NCBI GenBank assembly: GCA_964621755.1
Contig: CAZUPI010000006.1
Coordinates: 4,024 to 68,023, forward strand
DNA length: 64,000 nt
DNA from: an uncultured Ruminococcus sp.
Lineage (GTDB): Bacteria > Bacillota > Clostridia > Oscillospirales > CAG-272
Reading direction: 5' to 3'
Shown: one piece after another, positions 1 to 9,864 of the stretch
Position numbering within the stretch: position 1 is the stretch's first letter
Layout: each line of letters opens with the position of its first letter
Position numbers and translations under genes: made by a program
Notes under the pieces: model-generated
The model's input: only the letters and a program-made list of their open reading frames with translations
Databases searched by the model: none
Told to the model about the DNA's origin: nothing

Positions 1-1
1 A

Positions 2-2104
2 ACTGTTGTTGGGATTATTCCCTACCTCACAGAGGGGGACAAAATCACCGCGTACGGCACGTGGACGAACCATCAAGTCTACGGGCGGCAGTTTAAGGCG
101 GAAACGTACGAAAAGACACTGCCCGCCGAAAAAGGCGACATTCTCCATTATCTCGCGTCCGGCGCAGTAAAAGGAATCGGGCCGAAAACGGCGCAGAAAA
201 TTGTCGAGCAGTTCGGGACGGACAGCTTTTCCGTAATTGAGAATCATCCGGACTGGCTGTGCGACATCCCCGGCATCACCCGGAAGAAAGCGGACAAAAT
301 CAGCGCAAGCTTCAAAGCAATGGCCGGCGCACGGTCGGTCATGATATTCTGCCGTGACTACTTTACCCCGCAGACTTCGATGAAAATCTATCAAAAATGG
401 GGCGGTTCTGCAGTAGACCGGATTCGGAACAATCCGTACAAGCTGTGCGAGGATTTCCGCGGCATCAGCTTCAATCGCGCGGACCGCATTGCAATGAGTA
501 TGGGCCTTGCGCCCGACTCCGACGAGCGCCTCGTACACGGATTGGTATACGTGCTGCGCAACGAAGCGTCGCGCTCGGGACACACCTGTATTCCGGATAG
601 TGAGTTGCTGCGGTGCGCGGTAGAGCTTCTGTTCCAAGGGGATGTTCAGTATGCGAAAACGGTTGCAACATGTATTGAAAAGTCGGTGGAGAAGCTGTCT
701 CTGATTCCGCTGACCGTCGACGGAGTCCGCTATATTTTCGATCCGATGATGTACAATGCAGAGTGCTATATCGCGAAAAAGCTGAAGGCGATAAATGACC
801 GCTGTCCGAAAATGAGCGGTCGGGACGCGGCGTCCATGATTGAGGCATGCGAAGCGAAAAGCGGGATTACCTATGCGGTGATGCAGAAAAAGGCGCTAAT
901 GCAGGCGATGTCGGACGGCGTAATGATTCTGACAGGCGGTCCGGGAACCGGTAAGACGACCATCATCAAAGGATTGATCTCGATTTTTGAATCACTTGAT
1001 TTTGAAATATCGCTTGCAGCACCGACAGGCCGCGCCGCCAAGCGGATGAGTGAAGCGACCTCGCACGAGGCAAAGACGATACACCGCCTTCTCGAGATGG
1101 ATTTTTCGGATGAAAACGGCTCGAAGTTCCTGCGTGACGAAAACAACACTCTCGACGCGGACGTCGTGATTATCGACGAGGCATCGATGATTGACGTACC
1201 GCTGATGGAGGCGCTTCTGAAGGCCATAAAGAACGGGTCTCGGTTGATCATCATCGGCGACAGCGACCAGCTCCCGTCGGTCGGCGCAGGAAACGTGCTG
1301 GGGGACATCATCGAATCGGGCGTTTTCCCGGTGATTCGGCTGACGGACATATTCCGGCAATCGGAGCAGAGCCTTATCATCACGAATGCGCACAGAATCA
1401 ACGCAGGTGAGATGCCGGATGTGAGCCGGAATGACGCAGATTTTTTCTATCTCCGACGGGAGAGCGAGGAAGCGATATCTGCGACAGTGATAGACCTTGT
1501 GAAAAATCGCCTGCCGCGCTCCTACGGTGCGGACATCGTGTCGAAGATACAGGTTCTCACCCCTTCGCGCAAGGGCTTATCGGGAACGGATATCTTGAAC
1601 GCAGGCTTGCAGGATGCGCTGAATCCGCCATCGCCGCGAAAGGGCGAAAAAAAATCGCGGGATGTTATATTCCGCGTAGGCGACCGCGTGATGCAGACGA
1701 GAAACAACTATGAGATCGAGTGGGAAACCGAGGACGGACGCAACGGCATGGGCATCTACAACGGCGATATCGGCGTTGTAACGGATATAGATAAGGAAGA
1801 AAACCTCGTAGCAGTAGAGTTTGACGAGAGAAAATGTATGCTCGACGTGGCGCAGCTGGACGAAATCGACCACGCATACGCGATTACGGTTCACAAAAGC
1901 CAAGGCAGCGAATACCCGGTCGTCATTATTCCGCTGTATTCCTGTGCTCCTATGCTGCTGTCGCGCAATCTGCTGTATACGGCGGTAACACGCGCCTCTA
2001 AAATGGTCATCCTCGTCGGCAAGCCGTCCATTCTCGAGCAAATGATAGCCAACAACCGCCACGCCATCCGCTGCACGATGCTCAAGAAATTTCTAAAAGA
2101 ATAA
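2..2104 (+). CDS. recD2: ATP-dependent RecD-like DNA helicase (SF1B, RecD2 type); 5' end lies outside the window
   Basis: The frame of ORF 320..2104 stays open back to nt 2 (TVVGIIPYLTEGDKITAYGTW..., HhH-like GIGPKTAQKIVEQFG). Walker A GGPGTGKTT, Walker B IIDEASM, and C-terminal ITVHKSQGSEYPVV/YTAVTRA motifs are typical of RecD-type helicases. Confidence 0.85.
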   Translation, partial: TVVGIIPYLTEGDKITAYGTWTNHQVYGRQFKAETYEKTLPAEKGDILHYLASGAVKGIGPKTAQKIVEQFGTDSFSVIENHPDWLCDIPGITRKKADKISASFKAMAGARSVMIFCRDYFTPQTSMKIYQKWGGSAVDRIRNNPYKLCEDFRGISFNRADRIAMSMGLAPDSDERLVHGLVYVLRNEASRSGHTCIPDSELLRCAVELLFQGDVQYAKTVATCIEKSVEKLSLIPLTVDGVRYIFDPMMYNAECYIAKKLKAINDRCPKMSGRDAASMIEACEAKSGITYAVMQKKALMQAMSDGVMILTGGPGTGKTTIIKGLISIFESLDFEISLAAPTGRAAKRMSEATSHEAKTIHRLLEMDFSDENGSKFLRDENNTLDADVVIIDEASMIDVPLMEALLKAIKNGSRLIIIGDSDQLPSVGAGNVLGDIIESGVFPVIRLTDIFRQSEQSLIITNAHRINAGEMPDVSRNDADFFYLRRESEEAISATVIDLVKNRLPRSYGADIVSKIQVLTPSRKGLSGTDILNAGLQDALNPPSPRKGEKKSRDVIFRVGDRVMQTRNNYEIEWETEDGRNGMGIYNGDIGVVTDIDKEENLVAVEFDERKCMLDVAQLDEIDHAYAITVHKSQGSEYPVVIIPLYSCAPMLLSRNLLYTAVTRASKMVILVGKPSILEQMIANNRHAIRCTMLKKFLKE

Positions 2105-2112
2105 ATAGTAAA

Positions 2113-2170
2113 GGGGGGAGGAACTTTTTGAAAAAAGCTCCTCCCCCTTTTCCCCCTCAAAAAACTTTCC
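2113..2170 (+). repeat. Intergenic repeat family copy E1 (hairpin plus C-rich/A-run box)
   Basis: GGGGGGAGGAACTTTTTGAAAAAAGCTCCTCCCCC hairpin followed by CCCCCTCAAAAAACTTTCC. It starts about 10 nt after the recD2 stop. Confidence 0.7.
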
Positions 2171-2197
2171 ATCTAAAATAAAAAAGTATGGTACTTA

Positions 2198-2256
2198 GTA
2201 TAAAGTTTTTTGAAAAGGGTGCGGGGAAAACTTTTTTACAAAAAAGTTTTCCCCGC
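2198..2256 (-). repeat. Intergenic repeat family copy E2 (reverse orientation)
   Basis: On the minus strand it reads GCGGGGAAAACTTTTTTGTAAAAAAGTTTTCCCCGC plus ACCCTTTTCAAAAAACTTTATAC, just downstream of the minus-strand DUF4340-like gene. It is convergent with E1. Confidence 0.75.
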
Positions 2257-2274
2257 AAATAGTTTAAACTGCCA

Positions 2275-3267
2275 TTATTCTTCCTCAGGTGCCGGCTCGT
2301 AGTCGAGGTAGGCAATGATTTTGTCTACAGTTTCCGCGTCAACTACATACACGATTGTGGACTTTTCGGGAGCGGCGTAATAGCCTTCGTCGTGACCGCT
2401 GGAACTACCGAAAAGGAAGGTATATGCGGTATCAAGGCGGTTTGTCGTCTCATTTCCATTTGCGTCAGTAGTCGTCACAGCACGCTTATAGGATATCGTA
2501 ATCCCACTGGAACCGTCGATATTATATAACTCGGCGCGTTCGGCTTCATCGGAATAATAGTCCGAACAAGTCGTCAGACTCAAGTCTCCGAAAATATCGA
2601 ACAAAGCTGCGATTCCGTTTACGTCGTCGATGGTTTTTTCGCGCCCCTCATACATTACGGTGATTCCCGTGATGTAGTCCTGCTCAATGTCGGTCGGCAT
2701 TGAGTCAAGCTGGAGCAAATCATCGAGCTCATAGTCGAAGTAGATGCTGAGACCGGATGAAATGGTGTAAATCGCGCCGTCCGCCATGAAGTAGTAGGAG
2801 CCGCCGTCAAACGAGTTGTAGTCCCCAATGCGGTATTCGTGGGAGGTGCCGTCTGCGTAGGTCACGTTAATGAGGTATTCCGGTTCCTCAAGACCAAAGT
2901 TCGCTGCCTCCCCGTCGGTAATCTCACTTTTTACGCCAATGGAGGATATCGCGCTCGCCATCGCCGTCACCGGCGTCTGGTTCAGCGGGAAGTTGTCGTC
3001 GGCTTTGAGATACCACGTGGCGCCGGAAATGTAGAAGGCAATCGGGTCCTCATCCGGACGCTTATATGACAGCTCGGTTGCATTGGATGCGTCGTATTCG
3101 GCAATCATCTGTACTGCGTTTGCCGCGGCTTCCTCCGCCGCCTGCTGCGCTTCTTTTTTATCGTTGGAGGCGGACAGCGCACGATAGGCAATGGAAAGCA
3201 CGGCAACAAACACAAGCAGAATGATTAACATCGTGTATTTCGAATATTTGTTTTTCTTTTTTTTCAT
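2275..3267 (-). CDS. DUF4340-like membrane-anchored protein, last gene of ABC-2/GldG operon 1
   Basis: ORF 2275..3303. The likely start is the ATG at 3267, which overlaps the GldG-like stop as ATGA and follows GAAGGAGAAAGAG. It has an N-terminal TM segment (TMLIILLVFVAVLSIA), and its position after a GldG-like gene matches the second operon at 59351. Confidence 0.6.
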   Translation of the reverse strand: MKKKKNKYSKYTMLIILLVFVAVLSIAYRALSASNDKKEAQQAAEEAAANAVQMIAEYDASNATELSYKRPDEDPIAFYISGATWYLKADDNFPLNQTPVTAMASAISSIGVKSEITDGEAANFGLEEPEYLINVTYADGTSHEYRIGDYNSFDGGSYYFMADGAIYTISSGLSIYFDYELDDLLQLDSMPTDIEQDYITGITVMYEGREKTIDDVNGIAALFDIFGDLSLTTCSDYYSDEAERAELYNIDGSSGITISYKRAVTTTDANGNETTNRLDTAYTFLFGSSSGHDEGYYAAPEKSTIVYVVDAETVDKIIAYLDYEPAPEEE

Positions 3268-4754
3268 CTCTTTCTCCTTCTGAACCATATAACGAATCCG
3301 CACGCCAGAATGGCAAGAGGTATAATAAAGACAATCACAACCGACCAGATTGCCACATCCGCTTCGGTTACGGTCAGAGCCTCTACCTGCATCTGTTTTG
3401 CAATGATGGAGAGATTCGTCTTATTCGCACTCATCCAGTTGAGCGTCGAGATGAACAGCGCGGAGTTGCCGCCGGACACATACATATCCGCATACTCGTC
3501 AGTAATAGCAGGAGAGGAGTACCACGCGAACTTGTAGCTGTCCGCACGTGTTCCGTCTGCATCTCCTGTCACGGCTGCGCCTACGTATACCAGACCTTCC
3601 AGGTCGCCCTCCGCTTTATCAAGGTTATCCGCTGCCAGGTCCGCCTTCACATATGCCGATGTGGTAGTCGAAAGGAGCGGAATAACGTTATGCGTACCAT
3701 CAGAAAGAATACCGTGCGCAGCGTTCATGAGGACATAGATATCCGTGCTCGACAGCAGCGATATCGGACCGGTTGAAGAGGAGCCGAGTACCGGCAGGAG
3801 GTAGTGCGGGTATCCCATGTAGTTATTGCGGTTTGTTTCCACGACAACACCGTCAGCTGACTCCAGACCCATATAGGCGACAAGTTCGTTGAGGTTTGGC
3901 ATGAGGGTGGAATTATAAGTCGTCGCGCCGGTTACAAGGATAATGTTGCCGCCCTCATCCAGATAGGATTTCAGCATTTCCGTATCTGTCTCGGACAGGT
4001 CTGAGGTCGGGAGATTGATGAGGATTGACGAGCAGTCCTCCGGAATTGCGTCAATGTTCAGCAGGGTGAATTCTGTGGTCGCTACGTTTTCGCTCTTGAT
4101 GTAGCCAAGGTAGGTGTCGTTGATTGCGGTTTCACCGTGACCGGTGAGGGCATACATCGTCGGCAGGTCGTCGCGGGTCACGTAGTCAATCGCGGTGGTA
4201 AACATCAGCTCGCCGTTGAAATACGGCGTTCCGGACGGAATCTGACCGTAGTAATAGTAGTAATACAGTTCTTCATCGGAGTACTCACGGGGATAAATGT
4301 CGTTGTAATCGATTGCCATCGACCGCTTTGCGCTCTCGACAATAACAGAGTTATCATTGAGCGTCTGTTCGGTGTAATTCGAGATGAAGCCCGGATTGGA
4401 GAGTGGGTCGACGGTGGAGACTTTGATATGGGAATTCAGCGCGGTATAGCGGCCAAGAAGCTCTTCTGTGTTCGCCAGTTCGTTTCCGCGCTGGGTGAGG
4501 ATATAGATGTTGACGTCCTCGTCAACGCCCGCGAGAATCTGCTCGGTTTCCTCACTGATAGAATACAGCTGCAAGCTCGACAGGTCGTATTTTGTGTAAG
4601 TGGACGGAACTTCCGAAATGAACAGGTTCACGAGAATCACGACCGCAAGCACAACCGCCGTCATGACGATGCTGAACGAGCCGATCTTCAGATATTTTTT
4701 ATTGAGCTTTTTCGTTTCAGGGGATGTATGTTTCGTTTGTTTTTCGTTATTCAT
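3264..4754 (-). CDS. GldG-like ABC transporter auxiliary protein (ABC_transp_aux type)
   Basis: 496 aa with N- and C-terminal TM anchors around a large extracytoplasmic domain. It is a paralog of ORF 57733..59229 and sits directly after an ABC-2 permease. Confidence 0.7.
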   Translation of the reverse strand: MNNEKQTKHTSPETKKLNKKYLKIGSFSIVMTAVVLAVVILVNLFISEVPSTYTKYDLSSLQLYSISEETEQILAGVDEDVNIYILTQRGNELANTEELLGRYTALNSHIKVSTVDPLSNPGFISNYTEQTLNDNSVIVESAKRSMAIDYNDIYPREYSDEELYYYYYYGQIPSGTPYFNGELMFTTAIDYVTRDDLPTMYALTGHGETAINDTYLGYIKSENVATTEFTLLNIDAIPEDCSSILINLPTSDLSETDTEMLKSYLDEGGNIILVTGATTYNSTLMPNLNELVAYMGLESADGVVVETNRNNYMGYPHYLLPVLGSSSTGPISLLSSTDIYVLMNAAHGILSDGTHNVIPLLSTTTSAYVKADLAADNLDKAEGDLEGLVYVGAAVTGDADGTRADSYKFAWYSSPAITDEYADMYVSGGNSALFISTLNWMSANKTNLSIIAKQMQVEALTVTEADVAIWSVVIVFIIPLAILACGFVIWFRRRKR

Positions 4755-4775
4755 TGCAAATTTACCTCCTCATCC

Positions 4776-5639
4776 TCAGTTCCAGCGCTTCTTTTCCATC
4801 GATTGTACCGTCAGGTAAACGAAAAGTCCGCAGATGGAGAGGAAGAAAATGATAGCAGTCAAGTCGAACATACCGTTCTGGAAGGTGGTCAGTCTGTCAA
4901 ACAGAGATATTGCGGTGAGAATATTCGGGATAGCACTGGTAAACATGGACGAATCAACCGCGTAAACGGAAACCGAAGCGAGAACTAGGATGCCGGCAGT
5001 ACATACGGCAATGACAGAGTTTTTAATCATCGTGTTGACGATAAGTCCGATGATAATGGAAATCAGAATGAATCCGGCAAGGGAAGCGGACGCGTCGGTG
5101 GGAATCATATTGGCAATGCCGGGCATAAAGTAGATGAGAATGGTCGCACCGAGGCTGATTACAGCGGCGATGACCTGGCTTTCCGTCAGAGAAGAAATGA
5201 ACATACCGATTGCGAGAAGCGCGGCGCCAAGCAGGAAGAACGCGAGCAGCATAGCGTACGCGGTGGAGAGATGAACTGTCCCAAAAGCGGCAAGAATGAG
5301 AGGATAGAAAATCATGATGCAAATCGGGACGGCAAGTACAGTCACCATAGCAAGGTACTTCGCCATGACGATAGACGTAACGCTCATCGGAAGGGAGTAC
5401 AAAAGCTGGTCAGTGCGGTTATGCTTTTCCTCCGCGACCGAACGCATGGTCAGGACGGGAATGGCGAGCAGGTATATGAACGACACCGCGTTGATGGTGA
5501 TTTCAAAGTTCGGATAAAGCCCCTGCAAATTATAAACAACTGTAAAAATACCGGTCAGAAGAAGGATAAAGCAAATGAACACCGGTCCGGTCATTCCGGT
5601 GAAATAGGATTTGAGTTCTTTTTTATATACGGCCAACAT
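4776..5639 (-). CDS. ABC-2 family transporter permease
   Basis: 287 aa polytopic membrane protein. The MLAVYKKELKSYFTGMTGPVFI N-terminus parallels MFAIYKKEMRGYFTTPLGYVFI of ORF 57004..57708. Confidence 0.8.
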   Translation of the reverse strand: MLAVYKKELKSYFTGMTGPVFICFILLLTGIFTVVYNLQGLYPNFEITINAVSFIYLLAIPVLTMRSVAEEKHNRTDQLLYSLPMSVTSIVMAKYLAMVTVLAVPICIMIFYPLILAAFGTVHLSTAYAMLLAFFLLGAALLAIGMFISSLTESQVIAAVISLGATILIYFMPGIANMIPTDASASLAGFILISIIIGLIVNTMIKNSVIAVCTAGILVLASVSVYAVDSSMFTSAIPNILTAISLFDRLTTFQNGMFDLTAIIFFLSICGLFVYLTVQSMEKKRWN

Positions 5640-5656
5640 AGCGGTTCACCTCCGGT

Positions 5657-6823
5657 TCAATTTCCGCCGAACAACGGTTTGTAGTCATCGTCGTCGTTCG
5701 GCTTATCGTCGGTATTTTCGGATTTTTTATTTTTTTCAGGCTGTGCATCCGGAGCATCGGATTTCTTATTGGTTTCCACCGGCTGTGCGGTCTGTTTTTT
5801 TGCGTTTTCGACCGCTTGTGCCGCGAAGATTTCCTCTGCGCTTTGGCGTAATTCGGCGTCAGATTTCTCCATTTCGTCTACGGTAGGCTCGAAGTGGTCA
5901 CCGGTGAGTTCGAGGAAGACCTTCTCGAGGGTAACTTCTTCGAATTCCATGGACAGAATCGGCATTTTCGCGTCAGCGAAGCGGAAGAACAGTTCCTCAC
6001 GGATATCTGTTCCCTTGTCCATAGCGATGCGGACGTGGACCTGTCCGAGTGCACGGGGGTCCATTTCGACGCCGTCTACACTGCGGATGGACTCGATGGT
6101 GCGGCGGACTTTTTCGCTGTCGCCGCGCACGATGAGGTCAACATAGTTCTTGCCCTCGTAGAGCTTTGTGAGGTTTTCGAGGGTATCGCTTGCGACGATG
6201 CGTCCTTTTGCAATAATAATGACGTAGTCGCAGACGGCGGAAATTTCGGTGAGGATATGGCTGGAGAGGATAACAGTATGGTCCCGTCCGAGGTCGCGGA
6301 TGAGGTCACGGATTTCGATAATCTGACGTGGGTCGAGACCGACCGTAGGTTCATCGAGGATGATGATTTCAGGGTCGCCAATGATGGCCTGCGCGATACC
6401 GACACGCTGTTTATATCCTTTTGAGAGGTTTTTGATAAGGCGGTCAGCGTAAGCGGTGAGATCGGTCTTGGCGACGGCGGCATCGACAGCTTTATAGAGA
6501 GTGTCTCCCCAGAGGCCCTTTGCCTGACCGACGAATTCGAGGTATTCGTTAGGGGTCATATCCATGTAAAGGGGCGGCTGTTCTGGGAGGTATCCGATGC
6601 AGGCTTTCGCAGCGACAGGGTCTTCATAGATGTCGAAGCCGTTGATAGTGACCTCGCCCTCCGTGGCAGCGAGACATCCTGTGATGATATTCATAGTAGT
6701 GGACTTTCCAGCTCCGTTGGGTCCGAGAAAGCCGTAGATGCGGCCCTTTTCGACCTTGAAGCTGACTCCGCGCACAGCGGTGTTGTCACCGTAGCGCTTA
6801 ACGAGATTTTTAACTTCAATCAA
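5657..6823 (-). CDS. ABC transporter ATP-binding protein with a roughly 78-aa low-complexity C-terminal extension
   Basis: Walker A GPNGAGKST, signature LSKGYKQRV, Walker B IIILDEPT. The tail after ...LELTG is rich in K/D/E/A/Q. Confidence 0.9.
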   Translation of the reverse strand: MIEVKNLVKRYGDNTAVRGVSFKVEKGRIYGFLGPNGAGKSTTMNIITGCLAATEGEVTINGFDIYEDPVAAKACIGYLPEQPPLYMDMTPNEYLEFVGQAKGLWGDTLYKAVDAAVAKTDLTAYADRLIKNLSKGYKQRVGIAQAIIGDPEIIILDEPTVGLDPRQIIEIRDLIRDLGRDHTVILSSHILTEISAVCDYVIIIAKGRIVASDTLENLTKLYEGKNYVDLIVRGDSEKVRRTIESIRSVDGVEMDPRALGQVHVRIAMDKGTDIREELFFRFADAKMPILSMEFEEVTLEKVFLELTGDHFEPTVDEMEKSDAELRQSAEEIFAAQAVENAKKQTAQPVETNKKSDAPDAQPEKNKKSENTDDKPNDDDDYKPLFGGN

Positions 6824-7065
6824 TGTAGTGTCCTCCGGTGGATATTATAGAAATTAAATTTTGGTGAGATTAAAAATGCGCTTATTTTTAATTATAGCAC
6901 GATATCTTGGGAAATTTTTGAATAAAATAACAACTTTATGATAATGAACCCGGCGTACAAAATTTCATGCCGCTGAAAACATGAGCGATTTGTCCCGCGC
7001 GGATGTATTTAACCAGCCGGCTGCACGTTTCCATATCCCTGTAAGCGAAACTTACAATATAACTA

Positions 7066-7094
7066 TTGCAAATTGAATTTTTGTGATGTATAAT
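7066..7094 (+). promoter_or_regulatory. Putative sigma-A promoter upstream of mreB
   Basis: TTGCAA, 17 nt, then TATAAT, about 100 nt upstream of the mreB ATG. A small hairpin (AAGCATCC...GGATGCTT) lies in the leader. Confidence 0.5.
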
Positions 7095-7191
7095 ATTACG
7101 TGTTACGTTATTTTACGACATTTTAAGCATCCGTGTGGATGCTTCATTTTCACTTGAATGCACAAGCGAAAGGTAATAGGTTACATAAACA

Positions 7192-8205
7192 ATGAGCAAG
7201 GACATCGGAATCGACCTCGGGACTGCCACAGTTCTCGTGTATGTCAAAGGCAGGGGCATCGTCATAAAAGAGCCATCCGTTGTTGCAATAGATAAAAATA
7301 CTGAAAAAATCCTGAAAGTCGGCCGCGAAGCTCAGCTCATGCTCGGGCGTACTCCGGGCAACATCACTGCCATCAGACCGCTCCGCGACGGCGTTATCAG
7401 TCAATATGAAATTACGCTCCGCATGATTCAGTACTTCATCAAAAAAGCATGCGGCACCGTCGTTTTTAAGCCGCGCATCATTATCTGTGTACCCTCCGGC
7501 ATCACAGAAGTGGAGGAACGTGCCGTAGTCGACGCCGCGACACAGGCGGGTGCAAAGCGTACTTACCTTATCGAGGAACCGGTTGCGGCTGCGATTGGAG
7601 CGGGGATTGATATTTCCGCACCAAACGGTCATATGGTAGTCGACATCGGCGGCGGCACAACGGATATTGCCGTCATTTCGCTGGGCGGCGTTGTAGCAGC
7701 GGAATCCATAAAGGTCGCCGGAGATAAGTTCGATGAAGCGATAATCCGATATGTCCGGCGGCGGCACAACGTCTTAATCGGCGAGCGGACAGCGGAAGAA
7801 ATCAAGATAAAAATCGGGGCTGCGTGGCCGCGTGAGGAGCCTCGTGCCATTGAAGTGAAGGGGCGTTGTCTGATTCAGGGACTGCCGCGCGTGGTTCGGA
7901 TAACCTCACAGGAAATCCCGGACGCGCTCGAGGAGCCTATTACATCGGTAATCGAAGCGATCTGCTCTGTCATCGAGCGCACACCTCCGGAGCTGATTGG
8001 GGATATTCTCTCCAACGGCATCGTGATGACAGGCGGCGGAAGCCTTCTCTACGGGCTCGACCGCCTCATCGCTTACGCCACCGGAATCAAGACCCGCGTC
8101 GCGGACAAACCGATATCCTGCGTCGCGATTGGCACCGGCAAGAGTCTCGAGCATATTTCTCAAATTCCCGAGGGAGCGATAAACATCAGCAGGATGAAAC
8201 GGTAA
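7192..8205 (+). CDS. mreB: Rod shape-determining protein MreB/Mbl (actin-like ATPase)
   Basis: MSKDIGIDLGTATVLVYVKGRGIVIKEPSVVAI..., DIGGGTTD and MTGGGSLL phosphate-binding motifs. Confidence 0.95.
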   Translation: MSKDIGIDLGTATVLVYVKGRGIVIKEPSVVAIDKNTEKILKVGREAQLMLGRTPGNITAIRPLRDGVISQYEITLRMIQYFIKKACGTVVFKPRIIICVPSGITEVEERAVVDAATQAGAKRTYLIEEPVAAAIGAGIDISAPNGHMVVDIGGGTTDIAVISLGGVVAAESIKVAGDKFDEAIIRYVRRRHNVLIGERTAEEIKIKIGAAWPREEPRAIEVKGRCLIQGLPRVVRITSQEIPDALEEPITSVIEAICSVIERTPPELIGDILSNGIVMTGGGSLLYGLDRLIAYATGIKTRVADKPISCVAIGTGKSLEHISQIPEGAINISRMKR

Positions 8206-8319
8206 ATTGGGATTCTATTTTTCTGAATCTATTTTATAAAAAATTATTGTTCAGTAAAAGACGTTTGTGTGACAGTTATCTGATAATTTTCATACACACA
8301 GCGATAAAGGAAACAAATT

Positions 8320-9708
8320 ATGAATACAGACATTCTTGATATCAGTTCGCGTTCGGCGCGGGCCGATTTCTGGCGGCGATATGGCAAGCTGCTGCTGACC
8401 ATCGCATTCCAGAACGTGATTGTATATGGGGTAAATCTGCTGGACAACATCATGATTGGGCGTTATGCAGAGCTTTCCCTCTCCGGCGTATTTATCGTCA
8501 ATCAGATACAGTTTTTGCTGCAAATGATTGTGAACGGGATTGCGGACGGGACGGTTGTCATTGCGTCGCGCCACTGGGGAGAAAAGAATATCGACGGGAT
8601 AAAAAAGACGACCTCTTGCGCACTGATGGTCGGACTGGGGGTTTCCGGCGCACTGCTGCTTTTCGCCCTCATTGCGCCCACGCCGCTGCTGTCGATTTTT
8701 ACCGATAAATCTTATGTGATTGAAGAAGCGACGAAATATCTGCAAATTGTATGCTTCTCGTATATTTTCTTCGCAGCAACACAGGTGCTTCTTGGGATGC
8801 TGCGAAGTGTAGAGTGTGCGTTTATCGGATTTATCGGGTCCTGCGCTTCCCTGCTCATCAATCTTGTGCTGAATTACATGTTTATTTTCGGAAAATTCGG
8901 CGCGCCGGAGCTTGGGATTCGCGGCGCCGCTATTGCTACGTTGGCGGCGCGGATTGCGGAGACCGGAATTGTGATTGTATACCTTGCGTTTTTCGACAAA
9001 AAGCTGCATGTACGGGCGTCTGATATGCTCCGCACCACGCGCGAGGCGGCGGGGAAATTCATGCGGGTAAGTCTGCCGGTTGTGCTGTCCGGCGCGTCAT
9101 GGGGAATTGCGATGGGATTACAAACCGCCATCCTCGGACGTTTGACCGACCCGGTCATCTCCGCAAACAGCATCGCGTCGACGGTATTCCAGATTATGTC
9201 TGTCTTCATCTACGGTTCCGCGACAGCCGCCTCGGTCATGATTGGCAAGACGATTGGCGAAGGCGCCGCAGTCAGTACAGACATTCTGAAAAAAGAAATC
9301 ATGCACCGCACGCACATGATGCAGATTATTTTCCTGTGTCTCGGAGCGGCTACCGGCCTTGCTTTATTCCTGTTCAAAGATTTCATCATTGGATTCTACA
9401 ACATCACGCCTGAGACGGAAGCGCTTGCGGTCCAGTTTATGGCGGTGCTGTCGGTGACGGTGATGGGTACGGCATATCAAGTGCCGTGTCTGACCGGGAT
9501 TGTGCGCGGGGGCGGCGACACCAAATTTGTACTGTTCAACGACATCATCTTCATGTGGTGCATTGTTCTTCCCTCCTCTTTCGCAGCGGCGTTTGTGTTT
9601 GAGCTATCGCCCGTAATCATTTTCTTCTGCCTGAAATCGGACCAGCTTCTGAAATGTCTTGTATCGGTTGTAAAAGTAAACTTCGGACATTGGATGAAGA
9701 AGATTTGA
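8320..9708 (+). CDS. MATE family efflux transporter
   Basis: 462 aa, about 12 TM segments, with a typical MATE N-terminus (...LLLTIAFQNVIVYGVNLLDNIMIGR...). Confidence 0.85.
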   Translation: MNTDILDISSRSARADFWRRYGKLLLTIAFQNVIVYGVNLLDNIMIGRYAELSLSGVFIVNQIQFLLQMIVNGIADGTVVIASRHWGEKNIDGIKKTTSCALMVGLGVSGALLLFALIAPTPLLSIFTDKSYVIEEATKYLQIVCFSYIFFAATQVLLGMLRSVECAFIGFIGSCASLLINLVLNYMFIFGKFGAPELGIRGAAIATLAARIAETGIVIVYLAFFDKKLHVRASDMLRTTREAAGKFMRVSLPVVLSGASWGIAMGLQTAILGRLTDPVISANSIASTVFQIMSVFIYGSATAASVMIGKTIGEGAAVSTDILKKEIMHRTHMMQIIFLCLGAATGLALFLFKDFIIGFYNITPETEALAVQFMAVLSVTVMGTAYQVPCLTGIVRGGGDTKFVLFNDIIFMWCIVLPSSFAAAFVFELSPVIIFFCLKSDQLLKCLVSVVKVNFGHWMKKI

Positions 9709-9751
9709 TATATTTGCTGGCGCCGAATCGTGGGTAGGAGCGCAAATGCTC

Positions 9752-9780
9752 TTGACATTTTTTCTAATAAATACTATAAT
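9752..9780 (+). promoter_or_regulatory. Consensus sigma-A promoter in front of the second MATE gene
   Basis: TTGACA, exactly 17 nt, then TATAAT. Confidence 0.6.
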
Positions 9781-9805
9781 AGATAGTAGCTGAGTAGCTG
9801 TCTAC

Positions 9806-9843
9806 AGCGTAAATCCGAGTATTCGGATTTACGCTTTTTGTTT
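9806..9843 (+). terminator. Leader hairpin plus T-tract (possible attenuator) between the promoter and the MATE start
   Basis: AGCGTAAATCCGAGTATTCGGATTTACGCT followed by TTTTTGTTT, about 20 nt before the RBS AAAGGAGG. Confidence 0.5.
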
Positions 9844-9864
9844 GCAATCTAAAGGAGGTATTGT

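Noticed and set aside
2113-2256. Treating the recurring hairpins simply as ordinary rho-independent terminators.
   Set aside because: Most copies lack a U-tract directly 3' of the stem, share inner-stem sequence and an asymmetric box, and two copies are antisense to both neighbours. Only 48154-48178 and 61029-61055 have classic flanking A/T runs and were annotated as terminators.
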